This document shows positions 1 through 8,225 of a stretch of 30,412 nt of DNA, piece by piece. This DNA comes from Bacteroidales bacterium (GTDB lineage: Bacteria > Bacteroidota > Bacteroidia > Bacteroidales > FEN-979), in contig JAFGNY010000234.1 in the NCBI GenBank assembly GCA_016926765.1, forward strand, positions 1-30,412. Direction: 5' to 3'. Position numbers and translations under genes: made by a program. Under the pieces are notes generated by a model that worked only from the letters and a program-made list of their open reading frames with translations, made no database searches and was not told where the DNA came from. How positions within the stretch are numbered: position 1 is the first letter of the stretch; each line of letters begins with the position of its first letter.

Positions 1-476
1 AGCGCTTCGGGACGTGGCGGACAGCCGGGAACATAAACGTCCACCGGAATGATATGATCGACCCCGCGAATTACATGATAGGTGTTGTAAAAGAATGGCC
101 CTCCGGAAACGGCGCAGGCGCCCATGGCAATCACATATTTGGGTTCTGACATCTGATCATAGAGGCGCTTCAGCACAGGGGCCATTTTATTGACAATGGT
201 TCCGGCCACTACGATCACATCCGCCTGGCGGGGCGAAGCACGGTAGACCTCGATGCCAAACCGGGCAAAATCATGCCGGGAAGCTCCGGTTGCCATCATT
301 TCTATTCCGCAGCAACTGGTAGCGAAAGTCAACGGCCAGATGGAGTTGGATCGTCCCCAGTCGATGATATCATCCATCGTGGCGAGCATCACGTTCCCTC
401 CGGTTTTCTCGAACAACTCAAGTGTTTCGTTGTCCTGAAAATCGGAATACTTCATGTTCTTAATTTTTACTCCCAT
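1..476 (-). CDS. nuoB: NADH-quinone oxidoreductase subunit B (3' end runs off the window)
   Basis: Not in the ORF track. Manual minus-strand translation from ATG at 476 gives [10 protein letters not shown]...[22 protein letters not shown]...SPRQAD...MGACA...[13 protein letters not shown], carrying the NuoB CC, GAC and GCPP Fe-S motifs. Overlaps the nuoA stop by 10 bp. Confidence 0.96.
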   Translation of the reverse strand, partial: MGVKIKNMKYSDFQDNETLELFEKTGGNVMLATMDDIIDWGRSNSIWPLTFATSCCGIEMMATGASRHDFARFGIEVYRASPRQADVIVVAGTIVNKMAPVLKRLYDQMSEPKYVIAMGACAVSGGPFFYNTYHVIRGVDHIIPVDVYVPGCPPRPEA

Positions 477-817
477 TTCAATGCTCCTTTCTTCCAGGCA
501 TACAGCAGACCCAAACCTAAGACAAAGAAAAAGATGATAATCTCAATAAACCCGGTCATTCCTGCCGTTTTCATCACCACGGCCCATGGATAAATAAAGA
601 CCGTTTCCACATCAAAGATCAGGAAGATGATGGCAAACAGGTAGTACCCCACGTTGAACTGAAGCCAGGTGAGCCCCTCGGTGGGGATCCCGCATTCGTA
701 TGCTTCTGCTTTCTGCGGATTGGTTGAGGTGGGAGGGATGTAGCTGGAAAATAGCAGGGCTATCCCTACAAGAAAGGCTCCCACGATGAAGAAGAGGATC
801 AGACTTTCAGCGCTCAT
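467..817 (-). CDS. nuoA: NADH-quinone oxidoreductase subunit A
   Basis: 116 aa, three hydrophobic segments, YECG loop, FLIFDVE motif, C-terminal KGALKWE; directly upstream of nuoB. Confidence 0.96.
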   Translation of the reverse strand: MSAESLILFFIVGAFLVGIALLFSSYIPPTSTNPQKAEAYECGIPTEGLTWLQFNVGYYLFAIIFLIFDVETVFIYPWAVVMKTAGMTGFIEIIIFFFVLGLGLLYAWKKGALKWE

Positions 818-842
818 ATCGTTAATCGATTAACAAACAGCG

Positions 843-850
843 CAAATATA
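843..850 (-). promoter_or_regulatory. Bacteroidota sigma-70 -7 box upstream of nuoA
   Basis: Minus strand reads TATATTTG, matching TAnnTTTG, 26 bp upstream of the nuoA ATG. Confidence 0.65.
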
Positions 851-963
851 TAAATATCTTTTTTACAGGGGTGGACATATATTAACGTACTTAGATATTC
901 TAATATTAAGTCGCTGATTTCATGGATATTAAGCGGGCCTGTATGACAAATATCAGAGGAGAA

Positions 964-979
964 ATTGATTTATATCAAT
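964..979. promoter_or_regulatory. FNR/CRP-family-like palindromic operator
   Basis: ATTGAT-TTAT-ATCAAT; the core is a perfect TTGAT-N4-ATCAA in the divergent nuoA/DUF3109 intergenic region. Confidence 0.5.
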
Positions 980-1062
980 GCGGGAACCGGAGCGAAGCGG
1001 AACTCGGCGAAGCCAATGCGGGAACCGGAGCGAAGCGGAGCTCGGCGGAGCCAATGCGGGAA
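976..1062. repeat. 38-bp GC-rich tandem repeat (2 copies + 11-bp partial), REP-like
   Basis: CAATGCGGGAACCGGAGCGAAGCGGA(A/G)CTCGGCG(A/G)AGC at 976-1013 and 1014-1051 (2 mismatches), then CAATGCGGGAA at 1052-1062. Confidence 0.9.
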
Positions 1063-1151
1063 TTTTAAAAAGATTGAATGGTGTTTGACAGATTTCAGAT
1101 TTCTTTCATTTTCATTTTTTCCACTTAATCACCTTTAACCCCAAAAGGTAA

Positions 1152-1159
1152 TACCTTTG
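1152..1159 (+). promoter_or_regulatory. Bacteroidota -7 box upstream of the DUF3109 gene
   Basis: TACCTTTG matches TAnnTTTG. Confidence 0.6.
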
Positions 1160-1167
1160 CAAAAAAA

Positions 1168-1196
1168 TCATTCTTGCATTCCTTCATTCCTGCATT
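1168..1196. repeat. Degenerate 8-bp tandem array in the DUF3109 5' leader
   Basis: TCATTCTT GCATTCCT TCATTCCT GCATT. Confidence 0.6.
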
Positions 1197-1204
1197 AACA
1201 ACCC

Positions 1205-1765
1205 ATGATCTCCCTCCCTCCAGCCCTGATCTCAGACGACCTGAAAGAGCTCTTTTTCTGTTGTGACATGGAACAATGCAAAGGGGCTTGCTGTGTTGAA
1301 GGGGATGCCGGTGCTCCCCTGGAAGAGGAGGAAATCTCGTTACTGGACGACTACCTGGATGAGATCAAACCCTTTATGACTCCCGCTGGCATTGAAGAGA
1401 TCGAGCGGATCGGGATCTTTGACTACGATGCGGAAGGCAGATTTGTGACCCCTTTGATAGAAGGGATGGAGTGCGCCTATATTTTTTTCGAGGAGGGTTT
1501 GGCCCGGTGCGCCATTGAAAAAGCGTATCAGGAGAATAAAATCCCCTTCCCGAAACCGCTTTCCTGCCATCTGTATCCGGTACGGATCTCCTCCATCGGA
1601 AACGAGGAGGCGGTCAATTACCACAAGTGGTACATCTGTCAGCCTGCGGTTGAGAATGGTCATCGAAACAAGATCCGCCTCTATCAGTTTCTCAAAGAGG
1701 CCCTCATCCGGAAATATGGGGAGGTGTGGTACGGCGAGTTGATCAGGCTGCTGGGCCGGCCGTAG
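1205..1765 (+). CDS. DUF3109 family Cys-rich protein
   Basis: FCCD..CKGACCVEGDAGAPL, ECAY, CAIEKAY, KPLSCHLYPVR and WYICQPA motifs typical of this Bacteroidota family. Confidence 0.88.
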   Translation: MISLPPALISDDLKELFFCCDMEQCKGACCVEGDAGAPLEEEEISLLDDYLDEIKPFMTPAGIEEIERIGIFDYDAEGRFVTPLIEGMECAYIFFEEGLARCAIEKAYQENKIPFPKPLSCHLYPVRISSIGNEEAVNYHKWYICQPAVENGHRNKIRLYQFLKEALIRKYGEVWYGELIRLLGRP

Positions 1766-2276
1766 CCGCCGGTGCGGCTCCTTTGGCTTTTGCTGCCGAA
1801 GCAAGTTCTTTGTCGATATGGAACAGGCCTCCTTTTTCGGTGCCGGCCAGATTGATTTGGTCCAGGATACTCCTGACCGTACTCTCCTCCTCGATCTGTT
1901 CATTGATGTACCACTGGAGGTAATTGCCTGTGGTGAAATCTTTCTCCTTGACACAGATAGCATAAAGTTCATTAATGGAGGCCGAGATAAACTCCTCGTG
2001 ATGAAGGACCTGTTGAAAGACATCCAGCAGGGATTTATATTTTGCAGCCGGTGCATCCAGCTTGTCTACCACCACATTGCCTCCGCGATCGTTAAGGTAA
2101 TGAACCAGTTTGAGCATATGCATCCTCTCCTCTTCTGTTTGGGCATAGAGGAAATCAGAAGCGCCGGGATATCCGTTACGTTCACACCAGGATGCCATCG
2201 CGAGATAGATCCGTGATGAGTGCTCCTCTTTCTTGATTTGTTCGTTCAGTGCTTTTTCAACGTTTTTTGTGACCAT
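1743..2276 (-). CDS. ftnA: Non-heme ferritin
   Basis: LNEQIKKE..S..YLAMASW, EERMHM, HEEFIS..I and LQWYINEQIEEE ferroxidase motifs. Confidence 0.93.
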   Translation of the reverse strand: MVTKNVEKALNEQIKKEEHSSRIYLAMASWCERNGYPGASDFLYAQTEEERMHMLKLVHYLNDRGGNVVVDKLDAPAAKYKSLLDVFQQVLHHEEFISASINELYAICVKEKDFTTGNYLQWYINEQIEEESTVRSILDQINLAGTEKGGLFHIDKELASAAKAKGAAPAATAGPAA

Positions 2277-2316
2277 TGTTCAATGTGTTTGATGTTGTGC
2301 AAAGATCGGAAAATTT

Positions 2317-3207
2317 TTAGCCTTTCAGCGCTTCCGCTCCCGAAACGATTTCGATGATCTCGCGTGTAATCTGATTCTGGCGAGCCTTATTGTAAGAGAT
2401 CCTGAGATCCTTAAGCAATTGCCGGGCATTTTCGGTTGCCTGATGCATGGCGGTCATTCTGGCTCCCATTTCAGCCGCAAATGAATCCAGGATCGCTTTA
2501 AAGAGCTGGATCCGTAATGTTTTAGGAATCAGTTCGTGAAAAATAGTTTCTTTGTCGGGCTCAAACAGGTAGTCGGCTTCTATCTTCTTTAAAGGATGTT
2601 CCGTTTCAGAATTCTCCGGAACTAACGGGAGGTACTGTTCAATCATCTGGCGTTGCACAGCAGCATTTTTAAACTGATTGTAAATCAATTCGATCCGGTC
2701 ATATTTCTTCCCGGCAAACAGTTGCATCAGTTGAATGGCTTTTGGTGCAACCTCTTCGAAGGTCAGGGTATCATAGATCGCATCCCATGATTCTATTACC
2801 CGGTAATTCCGCTTCCGGAAAAAGTCGGTTGCTTTTTTACCGATCGTGATCAGGTCAACCGCATGCTCCCGGTTCTGAGCCGCATAGGTAGAATGTATCC
2901 GTTCAACGGTCAGTTTGATGATGTTGGTATTAAATGCGCCGCAAAGTCCCCGGTTGGAGGTGAGGACTACCAGTAAAATTCTGTTTGCCTCCCTGGCCTC
3001 CATGAACCTGTTTTCGTTCGAATCTTCCGGGCCAGCGCTCAGATTTTGCATGATCTCCCGAAGCTTGGCAGCATATGGCCGTAATTTCAGGATGGCATTT
3101 TGTGCTCTCCTGAGCTTCGATGCCGCCACCATCTTCATGGCACTGGTGATCTGTTCGGTTGATTTTACCGATGCAATCCTGATCCTAACCTCTTTTAATC
3201 CAGCCAT
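2317..3207 (-). CDS. atpG: ATP synthase F1 gamma subunit
   Basis: IASVKSTEQITSAMKMVAASK, SNRGLCGAFN, ARMTAM..AT.NA, KARQ..IT.EI.EIVSGA. Confidence 0.98.
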   Translation of the reverse strand: MAGLKEVRIRIASVKSTEQITSAMKMVAASKLRRAQNAILKLRPYAAKLREIMQNLSAGPEDSNENRFMEAREANRILLVVLTSNRGLCGAFNTNIIKLTVERIHSTYAAQNREHAVDLITIGKKATDFFRKRNYRVIESWDAIYDTLTFEEVAPKAIQLMQLFAGKKYDRIELIYNQFKNAAVQRQMIEQYLPLVPENSETEHPLKKIEADYLFEPDKETIFHELIPKTLRIQLFKAILDSFAAEMGARMTAMHQATENARQLLKDLRISYNKARQNQITREIIEIVSGAEALKG

Positions 3208-3246
3208 TTGTTTCTATTTCAGATTTGCGATGTGGATGTACGCCTG

Positions 3247-3269
3247 GACGAGTCATGCCTCGTCTCTAC
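3247..3269 (-). repeat. GTAG-type REP-like palindrome
   Basis: Minus strand GTAGAGACGAGGCATGACTCGTC; stem GACGAG/CTCGTC; same family as 6321-6348 and 15170-15189. Confidence 0.75.
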
Positions 3270-3278
3270 ATTGTCCTC

Positions 3279-3306
3279 TTACGTCTCACGTCTCACGTCT
3301 TACCTC
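3279..3306 (-). repeat. 7-bp tandem array overlapping the atpA stop
   Basis: Minus strand GAGGTAA GACGTGA GACGTGA GACGTAA. Confidence 0.85.
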
Positions 3307-4889
3307 TTCTCCTCGTATTTTCTCGAAATGTCTGCAGCTGCTTTCTCCATGGCTTTTTCATCCTCTTCAAGCAATTTCCCATCCCGGAGATGATCAAGTA
3401 CTGCTTTGTGATGGGTTTCCATATAAAGAAGGTATTCCTCTTCAAAATCCATCACACTTCGTACCGGCACACTCTTCAGCAGGCCCCTGGTACCGCAAAA
3501 AATGATAGCGACCTGCTTCTCCACTGGCATGGGCGCGTACTGTGCCTGTTTCAGGATCTGTACATTGCGGGCTCCTTTTTCTAGTACCGCTTTGGTTGAT
3601 GCGTCCAGATCGGAACCAAATTTGGAAAAAGCTTCCAGTTCCCGGTATTCGGCCTGCGCGAGTTTCAAGGTTCCGGCCACCTTTTTCATCGATTTGATCT
3701 GGGCGTTGCCTCCGACACGGGATACGGAGATCCCCACATTGATTGCCGGACGAATGCCCGAGTTGAAGAGCCCTGTCTCCAGGAAGATCTGGCCATCAGT
3801 AATCGAAATGACATTGGTCGGAATATAGGCGGTAACGTCACCGGCCTGGGTTTCTATGATCGGGAGAGCCGTGAGAGAACCACCTCCTTTCACCATGTGA
3901 CGGATCGATTCCGGCATATCGTTCATTTTTTTTGCTACAGCATCGGAAGAGATGATTCTGGCCGCCCGTTCAAGCAAGCGGGAGTGAAGGTAAAAGACAT
4001 CTCCCGGATAAGCCTCCCGCCCGGGAGGACGGCGAAGCAGCAGGGATACCTCGCGATAGGCCACAGCCTGTTTTGACAGATCATCATAAATCACCAGAGC
4101 CGGTCGGCCGGTATCCCTGAAAAACTCACCGATAGCTGCCCCGGTAAAGGGAGCATAAAACTGCATGGCTGCGGGATCGGATGCGGTAGCAGTGACAATA
4201 ACGGTATAGGCCATCGCCCCTTTTTCCTCAAGGGTCTTCAGAATAGTTGCCACCGTGGAGCCCTTTTGTCCGATAGCCACGTAGATGCAGTAGACCGGTT
4301 CTCCCTGTTGATAAAACTCCAACTGGTTGATGATCGTGTCAACGGCAATTGCCGTTTTTCCGGTTTGTCTGTCGCCAATAATCAGCTCACGCTGGCCCCT
4401 TCCGATCGGGATCATCGCATCAATAGCCTTGATCCCGGTTTGTAGCGGTTGGTTGACTGGTTGACGGTAAATAACACCCGGGGCTTTCCGTTCCAGCGGC
4501 ATCTCATAGCGTTCGCCTTCGATCTTTCCCTTCCCGTCAATCGGTTCCCCAAGGGTGTTGACAACCCTCCCAAGAAGTCCATCCCCTACCTCGACAGAGG
4601 CAATCCTCCGGGTTCTCTTAACAATATCACCCTCTTTGATATCATAGGCTTCTCCAAGCAGAACAACACCTACGTTATCCTCTTCCAGGTTGAGTACGAT
4701 GGCCCGGATGCCATTTTTCTCAAACTCCACCAGTTCGCCCGATTCGGCATTGGTCAGACCATAGATCCGGGCAATCCCGTCTCCTACCTGCAGAACGGTC
4801 CCGATCTCTTCAAGTTCGGCGACATTATGATACCCCGCCAATTCATGCCGTAAAATCGCAGAGACTTCGGCTGGTTTTATTTCTGTCAT
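3300..4889 (-). CDS. atpA: ATP synthase F1 alpha subunit
   Basis: [10 protein letters not shown], Walker [40 protein letters not shown]. Start moved from the track's 4970 to ATG 4889 (MTEIKPAEV), which removes an 80-bp overlap with atpH. Confidence 0.98.
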   Translation of the reverse strand: MTEIKPAEVSAILRHELAGYHNVAELEEIGTVLQVGDGIARIYGLTNAESGELVEFEKNGIRAIVLNLEEDNVGVVLLGEAYDIKEGDIVKRTRRIASVEVGDGLLGRVVNTLGEPIDGKGKIEGERYEMPLERKAPGVIYRQPVNQPLQTGIKAIDAMIPIGRGQRELIIGDRQTGKTAIAVDTIINQLEFYQQGEPVYCIYVAIGQKGSTVATILKTLEEKGAMAYTVIVTATASDPAAMQFYAPFTGAAIGEFFRDTGRPALVIYDDLSKQAVAYREVSLLLRRPPGREAYPGDVFYLHSRLLERAARIISSDAVAKKMNDMPESIRHMVKGGGSLTALPIIETQAGDVTAYIPTNVISITDGQIFLETGLFNSGIRPAINVGISVSRVGGNAQIKSMKKVAGTLKLAQAEYRELEAFSKFGSDLDASTKAVLEKGARNVQILKQAQYAPMPVEKQVAIIFCGTRGLLKSVPVRSVMDFEEEYLLYMETHHKAVLDHLRDGKLLEEDEKAMEKAAADISRKYEEKR

Positions 4890-4890
4890 A

Positions 4891-5451
4891 TTAAAATCCT
4901 TTTTTATACAAGTTGATTCGTGCAGATCCTCTGCGCATCCGTTCGATCTGATACTGGATACTGGCGTCATACTGCATATCTTCCCAGTTCAGGATAAATC
5001 CTCCGATGATCTCCGGATTGATCTTCTGAATCAGTTCAATTTTCCAGTTCGTATACTTTGTCATGATGGAAATCGCCTGGTTTCTGATGGCTTCGGTAAC
5101 CGGGATGGCAGAAGTAAGAACTACAGGGAGGATCTGTTTATACTCTTTGTATTGTCTGATAATTTTCTCCGCGATTTCAGGGATATAAGCTTCCCTGTTT
5201 TTACGAACAAGGATCAGGAGAAACTTCATGGTCATTTCATGAAGCTGTTTTTTGAAAATCTCGTTCAGGATCTTCTCTTTTTTCTCAATACTGATGACGG
5301 GGCTCTTTAAAATAAGTACAAAGAGCTTATTCTCCCTGCAAACGGAAGAGAGTTCAATGGCATCAGCATAAATGGCATCCTCCTGTCTCTTTTCGACAGC
5401 AAGTTCAAAAAGCGCTTTGGCATACCGTTCCGCTATCAGGGATATCCTCAT
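4891..5451 (-). CDS. atpH: ATP synthase F1 delta subunit
   Basis: [29 protein letters not shown]; lies between atpF and atpA. Confidence 0.95.
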   Translation of the reverse strand: MRISLIAERYAKALFELAVEKRQEDAIYADAIELSSVCRENKLFVLILKSPVISIEKKEKILNEIFKKQLHEMTMKFLLILVRKNREAYIPEIAEKIIRQYKEYKQILPVVLTSAIPVTEAIRNQAISIMTKYTNWKIELIQKINPEIIGGFILNWEDMQYDASIQYQIERMRRGSARINLYKKGF

Positions 5452-5459
5452 CTGGAAGG

Positions 5460-5954
5460 CTAATTAAAATGGATCTTATCCATTTGCTGCTGGATAAATT
5501 TCTCCTGCTGACCTGCATCAGCCAGTTCATGTTCCAGGATTTTGGTTGCAATCTCAAGGGATAGTTCAGCAAGTTGATTCTTCAGATCCGTCATGGCCGC
5601 CATCTTCTCATTTTCAATGCTCTCCTTGGCGCTGGCGATGATCCTGGAAGCCTCTTCCTTGGCTTGATCTTTCGACTCTTCAATGATAGCATCCCGGACT
5701 TTCCGGGCATCACTCAGGATGGCATCGCGTTCATCTTTCGCCTGATGAAGTAACTCTTCATTGCTGAACTGAAGCTGCTTCATCTCTTCCTTCGCCCTGT
5801 CGGCAGCATGCAATGCATCATAGATAGATGTTTCCCGGTCTTTCAGGGCTTTCAGGATTGGGTTCCAGGCAAACTTCCGAAGGATCAGTAACAGGATCAG
5901 AAATGGTAACGTCATCCAAAAAATCAACCCTAATCCGGGGGTAATCAGTTCCAT
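5460..5954 (-). CDS. atpF: ATP synthase F0 b subunit
   Basis: N-terminal TM helix (PGLGLIFWMTL), KFAWNPILKALKDRE, long coiled coil. Confidence 0.96.
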   Translation of the reverse strand: MELITPGLGLIFWMTLPFLILLLILRKFAWNPILKALKDRETSIYDALHAADRAKEEMKQLQFSNEELLHQAKDERDAILSDARKVRDAIIEESKDQAKEEASRIIASAKESIENEKMAAMTDLKNQLAELSLEIATKILEHELADAGQQEKFIQQQMDKIHFN

Positions 5955-5980
5955 AGTTCGGTTAATTTAATTCGTACAAA

Positions 5981-6019
5981 GTTCTTAATGGCTCAACCAA
6001 CCGTTAAGCCATTAAGAAC
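5981..6019. terminator. Strong intergenic hairpin between atpE and atpF (RNA-stability or attenuation element)
   Basis: Perfect 13-bp inverted repeat GTTCTTAATGGCT (5981-5993) / AGCCATTAAGAAC (6007-6019). No long U-tract, so the function is uncertain. Confidence 0.55.
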
Positions 6020-6029
6020 CAGCTGTTTC

Positions 6030-6397
<368 letters not shown>

Positions 6398-6409
6398 TTA
6401 TTTTCATTT

Positions 6410-6465
6410 ATTCGTATCTCGTCATTCGTATATTCAATCGTCATTCGTAAATCGAATTATTCGTA
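6410..6465. repeat. Degenerate ATTCGTA heptamer cluster just downstream of atpB
   Basis: ATTCGTA at 6410, 6424, 6443 and 6459, with related TCGTC/ATCG pieces between. Confidence 0.65.
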
Positions 6466-6472
6466 AATTCCT

Positions 6473-7594
6473 TTAGTGTTTTTCCGTTTCAATGGTTGCC
6501 AACCCGAAATAGAGAGCTGACAATAAAGTAAATACATAGGCCTGGATGAAGGCAACAAGGATCTCCAGCAGATCCATAAAGACGATGAATGCGACGGAAA
6601 CCACCGAAACCCCATATCCCAATGCCACACTGATCGACCCAAAGATAAATACCAGACTGACGAAGCCCAGTACGATGATGTGCCCGGCTGCCATGTTGGC
6701 AAAAAGCCGCACCATCAGAACAAACGGCTTGGTGATGATCCCTACGATCTCCACAACCGGCATCAGGGGAATAGGAAGCTTCAGCCACCAGGGAACCCCG
6801 GGGGTGTTGATGATATCAACCCAATAATGCCTGTTTCCGTTAATGGTGGTCAACACAAAAGTAAATATGGCCAGAACCATCGTGATCGCAATATTTCCGG
6901 TGACATTGGCGCCTCCTGGAAATATCGGGATAATGCCCATCAGGTTGTTAAGAAAGATAAAAAAGAAAATGGTCAGCAGGAAAGGCATGAATTTTTCATA
7001 TGATTTCTCCCCGATGGAACTTTTTGCAATGTCGTCGCGAATAAAGATAATCAGGGGTTCCAGCAGGGACTGCATTCCTTTTGGCGCTGATTTTGGATTC
7101 CGTTTGTAGCGGTTGGCAATAGAGATGAATATCCAAAGAAGTAAAATACTACTGATCAGGATGGCCATCACGGTCTTGGTAATGGAAAAATCATAGAGAG
7201 GTTTATCAGATTTCGCTTCCGGATGAATCTTCCCTTTCTCCAGTACAAATCCATTATAGGTATGTTCAGCATTATGAAATCTGGAAGACCAGAAAGTGTG
7301 TATTTTTCCGTCATACAACACAATGATGGGTAACGGGATGGTGACATGGGTATGCCCCAGTGTGGCAATATGCCATTCATGGTTATCAACCACATGTTCC
7401 ATGATCATTTTACCGGCGTCGAATTCGTGTTCAATGATTAAATCTTCATCGTATTGAAAAGTTGAATCTACTCCTGCTTCTTGTGCCGCATGAAATGGTC
7501 CTGAAGCATGTGCCGGAAAATCCGGAAATACCAGAAGAACCAGAAACAGGAAAAAAAGAAAAGTGAGAACCCTGACGTCCTGTGTTCGAACCAT
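6473..7594 (-). CDS. atpB: ATP synthase F0 a subunit (long Bacteroidota type)
   Basis: FLLTIFFFI...N..G, NVTGNI, KPFVLMVRLFANM.AGH, EILVAFIQAYVF.LLS.LYF. Start uncertain: track gives 7660; ATG 7594 (MVRTQD) precedes a hydrophobic leader and is preferred. Confidence 0.96.
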   Translation of the reverse strand: MVRTQDVRVLTFLFFLFLVLLVFPDFPAHASGPFHAAQEAGVDSTFQYDEDLIIEHEFDAGKMIMEHVVDNHEWHIATLGHTHVTIPLPIIVLYDGKIHTFWSSRFHNAEHTYNGFVLEKGKIHPEAKSDKPLYDFSITKTVMAILISSILLLWIFISIANRYKRNPKSAPKGMQSLLEPLIIFIRDDIAKSSIGEKSYEKFMPFLLTIFFFIFLNNLMGIIPIFPGGANVTGNIAITMVLAIFTFVLTTINGNRHYWVDIINTPGVPWWLKLPIPLMPVVEIVGIITKPFVLMVRLFANMAAGHIIVLGFVSLVFIFGSISVALGYGVSVVSVAFIVFMDLLEILVAFIQAYVFTLLSALYFGLATIETEKH

Positions 7595-7639
7595 ATAGAC
7601 TATTTCATGCTGATTTTCGGGCTGCAAGTTTACGAAAAA

Positions 7640-7670
7640 TTCATGAAATACTGAAATCAAATTTCATGAA
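7640..7670. promoter_or_regulatory. 10-bp perfect inverted repeat upstream of atpB
   Basis: TTCATGAAAT (7640-7649) and ATTTCATGAA (7661-7670) with an 11-nt spacer; role unknown. Confidence 0.4.
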
Positions 7671-7700
7671 CATATGAAAATATGTTCAGCTGACAGGGTT

Positions 7701-8057
7701 TTATGGTTGGGGGGTATTGACCCAAAGGATCACATATTGCTCAATTCCCGCCCATACCTGCACTGCACCATAGTCTTCCCAATGTTCGGTATCATACCAG
7801 TAGTAGATCGGAGGAAGGTTCAGAAAAAGGACTTCCCCGTCCTCATCGGTCCACTGGTTGGTGATGTAGTTTCCTGCTTTCAGGTTTTCATAGCTGGTAG
7901 CAAGATAAACCTGCTCCCCAACCAGGAGATTTCCGTTCGAGTCCATGACCCTGATCACCAGAAGGCCAACCGTTGCCTCTTCCGAGCTGCAAGATGGCAG
8001 CATCACACTCGTGGCGAAAAAGAGAAAGCCGGATAGGATAATAAACAACTTTTTCAT
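7701..8057 (-). CDS. Hypothetical lipoprotein, possibly prealbumin/carboxypeptidase-regulatory-like beta domain
   Basis: MKK + hydrophobic core + lipobox LPS-C23 followed by acidic SSEE; V.D.NG....G..V and TDEDG.V.F..L patterns. Confidence 0.75.
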   Translation of the reverse strand: MKKLFIILSGFLFFATSVMLPSCSSEEATVGLLVIRVMDSNGNLLVGEQVYLATSYENLKAGNYITNQWTDEDGEVLFLNLPPIYYWYDTEHWEDYGAVQVWAGIEQYVILWVNTPQP

Positions 8058-8082
8058 GCGGAAGGGTCTTTAAAATCTGCAA

Positions 8083-8090
8083 CAAAGATA
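8083..8090 (-). promoter_or_regulatory. Bacteroidota -7 box for the lipoprotein (and probably atp) transcript
   Basis: Minus strand TATCTTTG, 26 bp upstream of the ATG at 8057. Confidence 0.65.
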
Positions 8091-8197
8091 GCAAAAAACA
8101 GCCATTCGTAAAATAAATCCTGTGATTATCAGTTTGTAACATTTGAGTGTGGCAGACGTCTAAGTTTTTCAGTCCTTGCGGATTTATTAAAATTCCG

Positions 8198-8205
8198 TAC
8201 ATTTG
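8198..8205 (+). promoter_or_regulatory. Bacteroidota -7 box upstream of the tolC-like gene
   Basis: TACATTTG, with TTG at 8175-8177 at -33-like spacing. Confidence 0.6.
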
Positions 8206-8225
8206 AACCTTTAAATGAACATGTC

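Noticed and set aside
976-1062. Possible mini CRISPR array (also considered for 6307-6397)
   Set aside because: Repeats are contiguous or only 6 bp apart, with no unique spacers and no cas genes.
1340-2056. Long alternative-frame and antisense ORFs (e.g. 1340-2056, 2915-3505, 13984-14628, 15202-15861, 20560-21126, 25300-26067)
   Set aside because: They fully overlap well-supported genes and have no recognisable motifs; treated as shadow ORFs.
3884-3960. Insertion in AtpA ([21 protein letters not shown]) as another repeat invasion
   Set aside because: The DNA is non-repetitive, and an insert here is a known Bacteroidota/Chlorobi lineage feature.
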